Below are positions 52,007 through 63,529 of a stretch of 64,000 bases of DNA, one piece after another. The notes beneath the pieces are model-generated. The model was not told the DNA's origin. It saw only the letters and a program-made list of their open reading frames with translations, and searched no databases. Each line of letters starts with the position of its first letter. Position 1 is the first letter of the stretch. The stretch lies in assembly GCA_051530055.1 (NCBI GenBank), contig CM121343.1, forward strand, positions 7,318,044 through 7,382,043. Reading direction: 5' to 3'. Source of the stretch: Neoechinorhynchus agilis (lineage: Eukaryota; Animalia; Acanthocephala). The position numbers were made by a program, and so were the translations under genes.

Positions 52007-52710
52007 GAAGGAGAACTTTTCCTTGGGTTTATAGAATATTATGCAAAATTTTCATTTAATTCCAGGATAGTATCGGTCCGCACGGGGAATGTACACGATT
52101 TTGATAGCCTTGATGAATTTGTATCAAAACAGGACCTATTCATGCCCGTACAAATGAATGTTGAAGAACCATTTGAACACTTGAACGTTACCAAAGGAAT
52201 TACTCAAGATAAATATCGTAAAATTATTATGACATTTAAATCGACCGCACACTTTATCAGATCACATCGAAGTATAGAGGAACTCGTCGGCTTAGAATGA
52301 AGATTATTAGAGTGAGGATGCCAATAAATTAAGCTGGAATTGAGTTTGTGTTCAGAAAAGTCGATATCGGCAATAGAATTATTTCGTTTATGTAACAAGA
52401 CTTAATAAGCTCATAGATTTATGAGCGGCGCTTTTTCGGAGATGAAATCATTCACACCACCGCCTTTCTGGATCCCTCAGCTGCCGTCCGGGTGTAACGG
52501 TCGAAAGGACGGATGCAGCGTCCCCCCCGTGCTGCAGAATTATGTTTTGTGGGAGGAATGCTTCAGATCTCGGATTGCCGGTGATTCGTCTCAATCTCTT
52601 AGACAATTGACGACGCCAAAGGGAACGAAATAATGATTTCGACTCTGGTCCCTGTATTTGGTGCGCTTCCCCTGGTTTAATAGTGGCGAATTTTATGTTG
52701 CTTGCTGCGA
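52007..52710 (+). pseudogene. Near-identical duplicate of the 3' end of the GLD-2-like gene and its downstream CRE-like fragment (source 60274-60983)
   Basis: Base-for-base match with a few substitutions and one small deletion. No 5' part of the gene. Confidence 0.9.
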
Positions 52711-53049
52711 GCGTGTCGACGCACGTTTTAATCCTTATAACGAACGGTCATTTAATTGTTGAACATTGGACATCTCCTTCCAAGAAAAGCTTCAATTTGC
52801 ATCGTGAATTAATCAATATCGATCAAACTGTAGCCAATTTCCGGCATTCGGACCGATAACACCAAATTCGACATTGCGAGCGGTGAATGTGTTTCATGTG
52901 GCTTTGATGGCGTTGTATCTACGGAAGACATGCAGAGAACCAGCGCGAATTCGTCCAACTACCAATTTATCCAGTTTTAAAATCCGATTGGTTTCGGAGC
53001 CACGTGGCCTTGTACGCCGTTTGATCAGAATCTAAAATTTACACGTGTG

Positions 53050-53400
53050 GGGAAATGGATCGATATTCACTGTCCTAGGATTAAGCCCAAAGTCCGCTTT
53101 ATTCCCCCATCGTCTACTATTTCCACTTGGCGGATGAATATTGCCTCCATAATCACCCGATCACATTTTGTTTCACTACGTGCCAAAATAATAACGTTGT
53201 CAATGTCCATTAAGTTGTTCTGTTGGGCGAAATGGTTGAGTATTGCGGAACTGACATCGGGTTGGTTTGACGGCCCACTACACGATAGATTGAACGAGCT
53301 TCGTTCAAATGTTCATGATTGTTGATTCATTGATGTTCGATAATTTTTCCGGCCGCACGATTGATCAATTTTTTGTTTTCGAAAATGGACACTTGGACGA
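53050..53400 (-). mobile_element. Penelope-like element remnant (GIY-YIG endonuclease C-terminal half)
   Basis: SAILNHFAQQNNLMDIDNVIILARSETKCDRVIMEAIFIRQ fits the SA..H...H..D.....ILA.E....R...EAI.I pattern of PLE endonucleases. Confidence 0.6.
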
Positions 53401-54273
53401 GCCGTTGTAATAATAAAGAAAATTCTTCATTTTGAAGCTTTCGCTGTCTTAAAGCTTCCTCAGGAATCTACAAAGGCGTGTTGAGATGTGAAGGGTGCGT
53501 TAAGGCAGCGACATCGAGGCGGATGGTTTGTTTCGCCGGTTGAGCAATTCTGGAGCTTTGTCGATCTTATTTCCAGAGTCGGTGCCACAAACCTAACTCG
53601 CGTGGAGAGTTTTATTTCTCCGTCACTGTTGCCCTTTGAGTGGTTCGCTGCTCATGGTGTGACCATGGTTTTGCGTCCGGGTTCAGTGCTTTCTGAACGT
53701 GTTGCTGTTCATTTTTCCTTGATTTAGATGACCTAACGATTGTCACCGGCCAAACATCGTTCGCTGATCATCTCCCCTACACTTAGTCGAATCCTGACAA
53801 GAATCTGGACATCCAGAAAACGTTCGTGCTTGTGTGTGACGATTTTTACTCGAAGAATCGTGGTCTACGAGATAACCCCGAGTTAGGATCTAGTGTTCAA
53901 GCGGGCCCTTAATGGAACGATGGAACTATCTATTTCCCCGTCACTGCTTATATCTTGGGTGGTTGGAAGGGAGGTTGTTTTCCGCAGACAATGCAAAGGA
54001 GAGTTCGACACATTTACTCGGCAAAGCTCCATGAATCTCAAAATGCGTCCACTTATTCTTTAAGGATGAAATTAGGGATTTAAGTATACCGATCACTACT
54101 TGCGAATATTTTGTCTAAAAGGAAGTTCTCGAGGATAGATTTGGTGTAAGAATAATATTTTGTGTTGATTGAAGGACGGATTTCTTTGAAGTGAGGGAGA
54201 GTAATAGAGCCTTGTACAATTGACCAATCATTTCCCCCGGGTCGTTTTGCGGGAAAGTTCTTGTTATTTTGAG

Positions 54274-54522
54274 TTTCAATTACCATTTTATTTAAGCAAT
54301 TTCCGCGATTAAGAATAAAAATGTTTTCGTTTTGGACCGATATTTCGGAGTTTTACTCCTTCTTTAGGGTCCAACAAGACACAATCTATGAGGAACTTTA
54401 TTCCTTTAGAACCATGATTACCTGTCTCAAATAATCCGTCTCCTCTCCCTGACCACTTCGCTCAGTAGCATTTTTCGCCTCTTGCCAGAGATGATGCTTC
54501 TACAAGCGAAAGTTCCAATGGG
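54274..54522 (-). repeat. Left arm of a ~250-bp inverted repeat pair (partner 58681-58933)
   Basis: The reverse complement matches 58681-58933 with scattered substitutions. Confidence 0.85.
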
Positions 54523-54590
54523 CTTACTGCCATACGGCATGGCCCAAGGTCGCATAAATCCGGAGTCGTTTCCCTTTGATGTGCATCATC

Positions 54591-54659
54591 GGTGGTAACG
54601 GATTCGAACCCGTCGACCCTTAACTGGGTCTGGGAGGAAACTCACTGATGAGCCCCACC
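54591..54659 (-). ncRNA. tRNA-like/SINE-head-like structure
   Basis: GGTGG..CCACC closing stem, small hairpins ctca/tgag and gaccc/gggtc, B-box GGTTCGAATCC. Not a canonical cloverleaf. Confidence 0.3.
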
Positions 54660-54791
54660 TCCCCGGGAGGTATCTGAGAATCCGTAGGGATTCATACAAA
54701 CTTATAACGGTACGGTCTTGGGGCATTGAGCGCAGACCAGCGCTAGGTCGTGTACATTGGGACGACGGAGTGGCCCCTCCATGTACATATG

Positions 54792-57700
54792 TGTAAACAC
54801 GTCCGCAACGCATTGAACTCAAACGCTTCAACTATTTTATGGGTCCACCAACAAATAAAAAAGCTAAAACCCACGCACGCTCGCATATTAGCGTTGCACA
54901 AGGTAACCGTTTCGGCTCTGTCCTTATGTCTAGTGACCATACAAAGATATTGAAACAATGTGGTTCTGAAGAAACCCGCAAAAACAGCGATAGGGTTATT
55001 TATGAACCGCAGATGGGCAATAATCCGGGTCAAAAGGCGGATATTCCGGTTCGTGTTTCCTTGTTTTCCGATTGCTCTTTTTCTTATGTGGTCGGCATGG
55101 ATTCTCTTCTCACCCACATGAGATAGTGGCCCATTGTCCCTGGTCCGTACCTTATCATCCATATTTTACTCTGTTAGTTTCGCACAATTCTTATCATGGA
55201 ACTGCTAGATGTCTCAGTAGCTCACGGTTTTATATTATCCCATAGGGACTTTATTCGTCTCCCGAACATCATCTCCGCTGGGCATTTCTGCGTTATCCTA
55301 TGTGGCGTTTTCCTGTACGACATCAGGAAGTTTTGAAGGCTGAGGTGTTCTGGTTTCGCCCTTCTTTTAAGGATGGCCACAAACCTCGCCACTAGGCCAT
55401 TCGTCCTCGGATGGCATATCGAACTCTTACAATGTGTGATTCCGTTTTCGTCACAAAATGTTTTGAATTCATTTGATATGAATTGCGGCCCGTTATCGGA
55501 TACGATTCGCTCCGGAATTCCGAATCTTGCGAATGCCTCTCGTTTGACCGTCGTTTGTGCTGTTCGAATAAGCATCTACTCCTACGAGAAAATACAATCC
55601 ATTCATCGGGCCTGCGAAATCTAGATGAATTCTTCTCCATGGTCCCGTGGGGATATCCCATGGGAACAATGGTTGTTCGAGAGAACTTGGGCGCTGTCTC
55701 CGGCATTCAATGCAGTATGCCACAGGTTTTTGGATATCCCTATCCATCCTCGGTCACCAACAGTAATATCTGGCCAGGACAATCATTCCTTTTTCTTCTG
55801 GATGTCCTTCATGTAGCTTTTGCATTATCGCCTTTCTTTCTGAAGACGGAATCACCATCCAATCCAACCATAATAGCACGTCGTTCTCCGCAGATAGCTC
55901 GTCCTTACGTTTTTTAAAATCGATACCTTCAGTTCTAGCTTTTCCAGGCCATCCCGATATCAGATAACGCTTAATTCGAGCTATTTGGGTATCTTTGATT
56001 CGCTTCTTAGATTTGACAGTGATAAATTAAGAATTGTCGATGTTTCTTCTCTTATGTGTGCTATATCCGTGTCCGGCATATTCGGGAGGTCAAGGTCTTG
56101 AGTGCTAGGCATTCGGGACAGTACATTAGCGTAACAGTTATCGACACCGGCTACATGTTTGAATTCATAATCATATTCCGATAACTGAATCGCCCATCTT
56201 ATTAATCGAGAGTTCCCCACCTTTCCAAGATTTCGTTGGCGTCCAAAGATGTATTCCAGAGGCTTGTGGTCCGTATATAATTGAAATTTTCGTCCAAACA
56301 CAATATCGTGGAATCGTTTCACACCATATACCAGTGCCAGAGCTTCTTTTTCAATTTGCGAGAAATTCTCTTCTGCGGCTTTCAGCACTTGAGAAGCAAA
56401 GCACACTGGTTGGAGATCGTTTTCTTCAGTGATGTGGAATAGCACTGTGCCAAGTCCTGACTCACTAGCATCACAGGTTAAGGCTATGTTCCTTTTTGAT
56501 CGTAAGGAGGTCTCCTCAGCGTTTCGTTAAACTTTTCAAACGCGTTCTGGTGTTCCTGGTTCCATTGCCAATTTTTACCTTTTTGTGTCAATTCGCAAAG
56601 CGCGTTGCAAAATCGATGAAATTCGGCGCAGAATCGTGCATGAAAATTAGCTAGGCCCTAGAATGCTCTCAGGTCTTTTGCATTCTTCGGTTCAGAAGCC
56701 TCTTTCAGCTCCATTGCTCTATCTTCCGAAGGTTTTATCTGCCGTTGTTTGATGATATGACCAAGATATTGCACTTCATCCCTTGAAAACTGACATTTTT
56801 CTTCTTTTACTTTAATTCCTGCTTTGTTCGGCTTTCCGATAGCCTTCCAAAGTCGCTCTATGTGTTCTTCTTCCGACCTTACCGAGATTATGATATCGTC
56901 CAAAGAAGCTCCTACCCCATCTATTCCTTGCAGCATCTCTGAAATGTAATTTTGAAAAATTGCTGATGCCGGTGAAATTTCAAATGGCAGTCGATTGTAC
57001 TTAAAGAAACTATATTGTGTAGCAATCGTTAGTAGTCTACTTATTTGATCATCCACAGGAATCTGTGGATATGCGTCCCTCAGATCAATGGCGCTATATT
57101 GTGTGGCACCCGCCAGTTTGCGCGTTAGTTCTTCGAATGTGGGCATGAAGTACGAATCAACTTGGAGTTGCTGATTAAGAGTTACACGGAAATCTTCACA
57201 AATTAGTACCTTCCCTCTGGTCTTCCAAACTACTACAATTGGCGTGACCCATTCTATTTCGTCTTGATTCGCATCTACTGATCTACTTCCGCTTTTAATG
57301 GATCCTGTAGTGCAAGCGGAATCCTTCTCGCACCACATACGCATTGTTCGGCGTCCTCCTTCAGAACCAAGCTTGCTTCGAAATTCTTTATCGGATCTGA
57401 TTCATTGTTGAACACTGAAAGGATCGATTTCTTCAATTTTGCGCATAATGCTTCGCTTTTATCACTTCCTTCCGTATTGATCCTGTGAACCTCTACGAGC
57501 TCCGCTGGAATTTTTAATCCAAACTGCAAAATCCATGGTAGTCCAAACAATGATTTACCTTATTCTGGTACTACAACGGCTTTAACTCTTCTCCATTTCT
57601 TGCCTAGCTTCACATTCATTGAACATCTTCTAAGGCTCTTGATCTCTGTTCCTCCAAAAGCTCTTGGCGTATTTGTTGGTCTTAATTTAGGTTTTCCGAT

Positions 57701-58588
57701 TTGATGCCACAACGCTCTTGTTTGAACTTGTTTTGATAAATCTTCTGCACAAAGGAATCCCCGCTGTCCATTTTTGGTGCTATCTCCAATGCTTACTTTG
57801 AGACTTCGTTACTGTTGATGATGGTTCGCAGCTTTTCGAGTGTCAGGTTCTTATGCTGGAAGGCAGATCTTCGTATTTCCTCATGTGGACTATTTAATAT
57901 CACCGTGTCTCGAATCTGGATTTCTATAGCTTTTTGTTCACCTTGCACTTCTGATTTGAAGAAGTTGCAACCTTTCGAAACGTCCGATAACTCCGCTATC
58001 CAATCATCGTAGCTTTGCCCTGGTTTCATTCGGGCATTACAGAAACGGTATCGTGCCGCTACTTCGTGTATTTCTTGGGTGTATAATTTCGACATGGCAT
58101 CTTTCAATTCCGCAAAAGAGCAGTCACTGGGTTTCTTCGTACCCTAGCTTTTCCGGACTTTTGCGTAAATCTGCGGGCTTATCCACGCCAGCAAACAAGC
58201 TTGCATCAATTCTTGAGTCTCTACTCGACAATACTCCAAATGTTTTTCCAACTGAGCCTTATAATCTTCCCACGTCTCGCTACCATGACCCAAAGATCGA
58301 AAAACTTGGATATCACCATGATTCTGTTGCCGTTTGTTCCATTTGCTTTATCATTAGTTCCAATAACTCCTGTTGCTTCTCGATGAGAGACTGCGTCATT
58401 AAAATCCCTCGTCGCCAAATGTCGTGCTCATATCGTTTGATTCTTCAACTATTTTATGGGTCAACCAACAAATCAAAAAACTAAAACCCACGCACACTCG
58501 CATATTAGCGTCGCACAAGTGTGCTTCACATGTTATGCAGTCATGTAACTACAGTAAACACATCCGTAACGCTTTGAACTCAAACGCA
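54792..58588 (-). mobile_element. Decayed Ty3/gypsy LTR retrotransposon (Mag-like): gag-PR-RT-RH-INT
   Basis: Gag (ARYRFCNARMKPGQSYDDWIAEL), RT (PIVVVWK..ICEDFRVTLN, IDLRDAYPQI, YNRLPFEI, LDDIII), RNase H (YSQIEKEAL-like, FQLYTDHKPL) and integrase (PWRRIHLDFAGP, FGIPERIVSDNGPQF) in gypsy order. Shared terminal blocks at 54792-54901 and 58443-58588. Confidence 0.9.
58407..58417 (-). promoter_or_regulatory. Primer binding site TGGCGACGAGG of the gypsy element
   Basis: Two nt downstream of the LTR end ...gcacgaca. Complementary to the CCUCGUCGCCA 3' end typical of tRNA-Ser(GCU), as recalled. Confidence 0.75.
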
Positions 58589-58680
58589 ACCTCCTACGGG
58601 TCGATACGATGGGTCAAACAGCACCTTTCGAGTTCGATCCAGGAGATCAAGAAGACGGCAGTGAGGTACCAAGCGAAAGA

Positions 58681-58933
58681 CCCATTAGAACTTTCGTTAG
58701 CGGAAGCACTGCTCATCCCTGGCAAGAGGCGAAAAATGCTACTGAGCGAAGTGATCGGGGAGAGGAGACGGATTATTTGAGACAGGTAATCATGGTTCTA
58801 AAGGAATAAAGTTCTTCATAGATTGTGTCTTGTTGGACCCTAAAGAAGGGGTAAAACTCCGAAATATCGGTCCAAAACGAAAACATTTTCATTCTTAATC
58901 GCGGAAATTGCTTAAATAAAATGATAATTGAAA
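58681..58933 (+). repeat. Right arm of the ~250-bp inverted repeat pair
   Basis: See 54274-54522. Confidence 0.85.
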
Positions 58934-59011
58934 TGACAACATGCGGTTGAGAAATCAGTCGACAATCCACGAACTAGTTGTTTTGAGTGAAAATATCACC
59001 ATCAAGAATTT

Positions 59012-59180
59012 AGAAAAGTGATAAACTGTCTGACAATTCATCCTTCCGATTGAGTGACCCATCAGTTGGTTGATGGGTCACTCAATCGGAAGGATGAATT
59101 GTCAGACAGTAGGTCGGGGGCACCAACTGATGGGTCACTCAATCGGAAGGATGAATTGTCAGACAGTTTATCACTTTTCT
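59012..59180. repeat. Three-armed perfect inverted repeat
   Basis: 59012-59069 is the exact reverse complement of 59123-59180 (58 bp). 59025-59064 is also the exact reverse complement of 59071-59110 (40 bp, 6-nt loop). Confidence 0.95.
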
Positions 59181-59403
59181 GACCTTTTCAGAGCGAGGGA
59201 GAGTCCCCGAAGAAGCCGTGAAGCGGCGAAAATTCGGACAAAATAAAACATCGTACTCGGGAACATTTTGGGAAAATCTATCTGTAGTAAACAATGCAAA
59301 TACGCAACAAAGATGCCTTCCATCAATTATTTTCAAAAATTTATTCCACCGAAATTTGACGTTAATTCCTCCCGCATTACAGATACCACATAAGAAGATT
59401 GAG

Positions 59404-60567
59404 ATGCCTCAATTACCAAAACTAGCGAATCTACCCGACTGTAATAAGCGCGCCATAAGATATTTCAATGAAGGGGAAGATGATGGTACCCAAAAAAGTT
59501 CAAAAATAGTGCATTTGGTTCCTAGTGGAAGTGCACCGATTGATTTTCATGACATTAGTGCCGTCATTATGATCCACTATCAATCTAGACAGCAATCTTC
59601 TGAAGTCTTTGCAAAGAAGCTTTTAATTCGGGACATAATTGGAATATTGATAGTATCGAGCTTTCCAACTACAAGTCTATACATCAGTGGATCAACGCTC
59701 ACGGATCTGGCTACTAACGATAGCGACGTGGATATGAGTGCACTTGAGGATTCAAATTGTACACTTGATCGTGATTCAGTGATCAGAGCTCTTTATGACA
59801 TAAAGAGTATCTTACTTTTCTTACCTCAAATAAGTAATGCGTTTGTGATTAGAGCCCGAGTTCCGATCGTTCGGTTTACATGGACTAATCAAACACCGGT
59901 CGATGGAGTTGACCGTTTAATATGTGACTTAAATTTTGGAAATGAGGCTTGTGTTCGAAATACTCATCTAGTACATGCCTATACCGTTTTGGATTGGCGA
60001 GTCGCCCCGCTGATTTTTTTTATTAAAAAATGGGCAAAACACAATGGAATCAATGATGCCCCCGAAGGCACATTTTCGAGCTACGCATTGTGTTTGTTAA
60101 CGATCAGTTTCCTTCAAGTAAAATGCGTGCCTCCCGTGTTACCAAGTCTTCAGAAAATCCTACCTTCGATCTTTAATGCAACGAGGGACTTAAGAGAACT
60201 TGACGCTGAGCATGAACAAATGGGCCAGATTCTTATGCAGGAGCATAAATGGAAATCAAAAAACGTCCAATCGGAAGGAGAACTTTTCCTTGGGTTTATA
60301 GAATATTATGCAGAATTTTCATTTAATTCCAGGATAGTATCGGTCCGCACGGGGAATGTACACGATTTTGATAGCCTTGATGAATTTGTATCAAAACAGG
60401 ACCTATTCATGCCCGTACAAATGAATGTTGAAGAACCATTTGAACACTTGAACGTTACCAAAGGAATTACTCAAGATAAATATCGTAAAATTATTATGAC
60501 ATTTAAATCGACCGCACACTTTATCAGATCACATCGAAGTATAGAGGAACTCGTCGGCTTAGAATGA
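59404..60567 (+). CDS. GLD-2/TENT2-type non-canonical poly(A) polymerase / terminal nucleotidyltransferase, intronless (frame open from 59218)
   Basis: GS....SDVD catalytic motif, RARVPIVRF, CDLNFGN...RNTHL, IKKWAK..GINDA..GTFSSY, PPVLPSLQK, and PAP-associated EEPF. Confidence 0.85.
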   Translation: MPQLPKLANLPDCNKRAIRYFNEGEDDGTQKSSKIVHLVPSGSAPIDFHDISAVIMIHYQSRQQSSEVFAKKLLIRDIIGILIVSSFPTTSLYISGSTLTDLATNDSDVDMSALEDSNCTLDRDSVIRALYDIKSILLFLPQISNAFVIRARVPIVRFTWTNQTPVDGVDRLICDLNFGNEACVRNTHLVHAYTVLDWRVAPLIFFIKKWAKHNGINDAPEGTFSSYALCLLTISFLQVKCVPPVLPSLQKILPSIFNATRDLRELDAEHEQMGQILMQEHKWKSKNVQSEGELFLGFIEYYAEFSFNSRIVSVRTGNVHDFDSLDEFVSKQDLFMPVQMNVEEPFEHLNVTKGITQDKYRKIIMTFKSTAHFIRSHRSIEELVGLE

Positions 60568-60699
60568 AGATTATTAGAGTGAGGATGCCAATAAATTAAG
60601 CTGGAATTGAGTTTGTGTTCAGAAAAGTCGATATCGGCAATAAAATTATTTCGTTTATGTAACAAGACTTAATAAGCTCATAGATTTATGAGCGGCGCT

Positions 60700-61290
60700 T
60701 TTTCGGAGATGAAATCATTCACACCACCGCCTTTCTGGATCCCTCAGCTGCCGTCCGGGTGTAACGGTCGAAAGGACGGATGCAGCGTCCCCCCCGTGCT
60801 GCAGAATTATGTTTTGTGGGAGGAATGCTTCAGATCTCGGATTGCCGGTGATTCGTCTCAATCTCTTAGACAATTGACGACGCCAAAGGGAACGAAATAA
60901 TGATTTCGACTCTGGTCCCTGTATTTGGTCTTTTTGCGCTTCCTCTGGTTTAATAGTGGCGAATTTTATGTTGCTGGCTGCGAATGGCGTCCCAGAAAAG
61001 GCATTTTCCATCTCGATACCGGAATACTGTTACATTGTCAGCTCTACGGCCATCGAGTCGGCAAAGATTGCTCGGCTCTCAGATGTTGGGCGCATTCACA
61101 GTATTCAGGGCACTGTTAAGGGAATTGCGTTCACTTGGGTGTGGCCGACAGACGGGACCATGGCGTCCCGACGGATCCACGGTCGCTTCTCAACGGCAGC
61201 GATGGCAGGGACACTGCGACCCTTACTGTTTCGTCGGAGAGAGGCGATTGTGAGAACGTTTAGCCGAGAACCCGATTTTCGATTACGAGA
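60700..61290 (-). mobile_element. 3' remnant of a CRE-like (restriction-like endonuclease) non-LTR retrotransposon
   Basis: LSDETVRVAVSL, PWSR, RKRKKTKYRD and GPESKSLF...LSKRLRRITGNPRSEAFL...GDAASVLST across frames match the RLE C-terminus (GDPR...QRGNAASVLGT) of CRE-clade elements. Confidence 0.65.
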
Positions 61291-61694
61291 ATCTGAAATG
61301 AAAGAGTTATAAATTCTCGCTATCAGGAGTGAATCCCGAGCTGGTTGTTAAATTAGATAATTTTCTCCTTGGAGGAGCGAAATAAGTTATTCGAAGGTTT
61401 TGATGAGTGAACGTGATATTTTATTAGACATTTAAGGCAAAAAGGGACGTCTTGTAAGAAATGCATGAAGTTTAAGGACGACTTAATTAGGTTACTCAGC
61501 GCCAGGTTTGTTTTATCGCCAATTAATTTTGTATTTTGAAGGTTCCCTTGAGAGAAGCGACTGAACGTGGATTTCACTGTTCAAGTTTCTTTTTTTGAAT
61601 TAGCGCGCGAAAGCATCACGATCGACAATTCTTTCGCGTGAAAAAGATTATCATTTGGTGCATTGCTTGCTGCTGGAGATCCGCTTGTTCCAAA

Positions 61695-63436
61695 ATGATG
61701 ATTCCGATGAAGCCTAATTTGATTATGAAGGCTGGTGCCCAACAAGAGAAGGATGATGTTTCTCGGGATTCTTGTTTTATTGGAGCATTGGCGATTGGTG
61801 ACATTGTTCGAACAACTTTAGGACCTAAAGGAATGGACAAAGTTCTTCAAACTCGTGGTCAAGAAGATGCGATCCAAATCACGAACGACGGAGCAACTAT
61901 TTTGAAATCCATTGGCGTTGACAATCCTGTTGCTAAGATATTGGTGGACCTTGCCCGAGTCCAGGATGATGAGGTTGGCGATGGGACTACTTCAGTAACT
62001 GTTCTTGCTTGTGAGTTGCTTCGTGTTGGCAGTGTGTTGATTGGACGAGGAATACATCCACAAACGATTATCAGCGGTTGGCGTCTATCGCTCGAGGTTG
62101 CTTTAGATGCCCTCGAGAAGGCAGCTGAAGCTATTCCGGATTCTGAGGAAGGATTAAAACGTAAGCTTTTGAATATTGCATCGACAACATTGAGTTCGAA
62201 ATTGCTCGGGCAATATAAAGCTCATTTTGCTGCTCTCTGTGTGGAGGCGGCATTTAGAATTCGATCTCATTGCAATTTAAGAGCGATAAAGATAATAAAA
62301 GTGAGTGGAAAGACCATGTCCGAGTCGTATGTGGACGATGGCTTCCTTCTTGAGAAGAAAGTCGGATTGAATCAACCGGAAAAGGTAGAGGAAGCGCGTG
62401 TTTTGATCGCCAATACTCCGATGGATACTGATAAGATAAAAGTGTTTGGAGGTAAAGTTAAAGTTGATAGTATTTCGAAAGTTGCTGAGATTGAGAGCGC
62501 AGAACGAGCCAAAATGGAAGCGAAAGTTAAGGCGATATGCGATACCGGATGCAACGTTTTCATTAATCGTCAACTTATTTACAATTATCCACAACAGTTG
62601 TTCGCGGACGCCGGTGTTATGGCAATCGAACATGCTGACTTTGACGGGGTTGAACGATTGGCGCTTGTGTTGGGCGGCGATATCGTTTCGGTATTTGGAG
62701 ATAAAAGCGATAATTTAAAGTTAGGACATTGTAAGAAAATCGAACAGGTTATGATGGGGCAGAAGCAAGTCTTGAAATTTAGTGGATTACAGCTTAAAGG
62801 TGCATGCACAATGGTACTATTTGGTTCCAATGATACTGTTTTGGATGAAGCTGAACGATGTGTACACGACGCTTTGTGCGTATTAACAAGAATGCTCTCG
62901 AAAAATAGTGGTGACTTAAGAGTCGTCTATGGTGGAGGATGTTCTGAGATTTTGATGGCTAGAGCCGTATAATGCGACCTTTCAATATCATGGTCGGCTC
63001 GTCTTTTAACGAAAAATGATTCCTACCCCCAGGGGGCGGCTAATTTCCGAACTTTTTTCTTCTTAGTTCAAAATTGATTTGGTCGCCAATAGAATCAAGG
63101 GCCGAGTTAGTGGCTGGGAAACAAGCATTAGCTATGGAAGGATTCTCGACTGCTTTAAAGCAAATTCCAGTCATTATTGCGCAAAATGCAGGTTATGATA
63201 GTCAGCAACTTGTCACAGAGCTACGAGCTGCTCATGCTCATGGACAAACCTGTTTTGGACTCGATATGATCAATGGTACTATTGGTGACATGAAACAGTT
63301 AAATATTGACGAAAGCTATCTACTTAAAAGACAAATCGTCCGGAGTGCCGCAGAAGCAGCTGAAATGATCCTCAGAGTAGATCAAACAATTAAGGCTGCG
63401 CCTAGAAAGAGACCAAAGGATAAAAGGCACCATTAA
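61695..63436 (+). CDS. CCT2: T-complex protein 1 subunit beta, interrupted by a 122-nt insertion at 62970-63091
   Basis: KAGA, TLGPKGMDK, ITNDGATILK, VGDGTTSV, VVYGGGCSE, IIAQNAGYDS, AAEMILRVD..IKAAPRKR are CCT-beta signatures. The two parts abut exactly once the insertion is removed. Confidence 0.9.
62970..63091. mobile_element. 122-nt insertion with TA duplication and weak terminal inverted repeats
   Basis: gccgTA[taatgcgacc...ggtcgccaa]TAgaatca, with gcgacc..tcaat / attga..ggtcgc ends. Confidence 0.6.
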
Positions 63437-63529
63437 TTGTTTGGTTAGGCGAAAAAATAAACCTAAATCGAATCGAGTATAGATTATTTCTTATATCTCT
63501 AACCAGCTAAGATTTCAGCATCACATGCT

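Noticed and set aside
54640-54670. ctgatgag as a hammerhead ribozyme core
   Set aside because: No stem II closed by GAAA follows in the required geometry.
62967-63092. CCT2 insert as a U12-type or ordinary GT-AG intron
   Set aside because: It lacks the RTATCCTT donor, and GT(62967)..AG(63092) removes 4 coding nt and shifts the frame.
35180-63436. PFDN4 and CCT2 (same folding pathway) in one window
   Set aside because: They are 26 kb apart with unrelated genes between; no evidence of clustering beyond chance.
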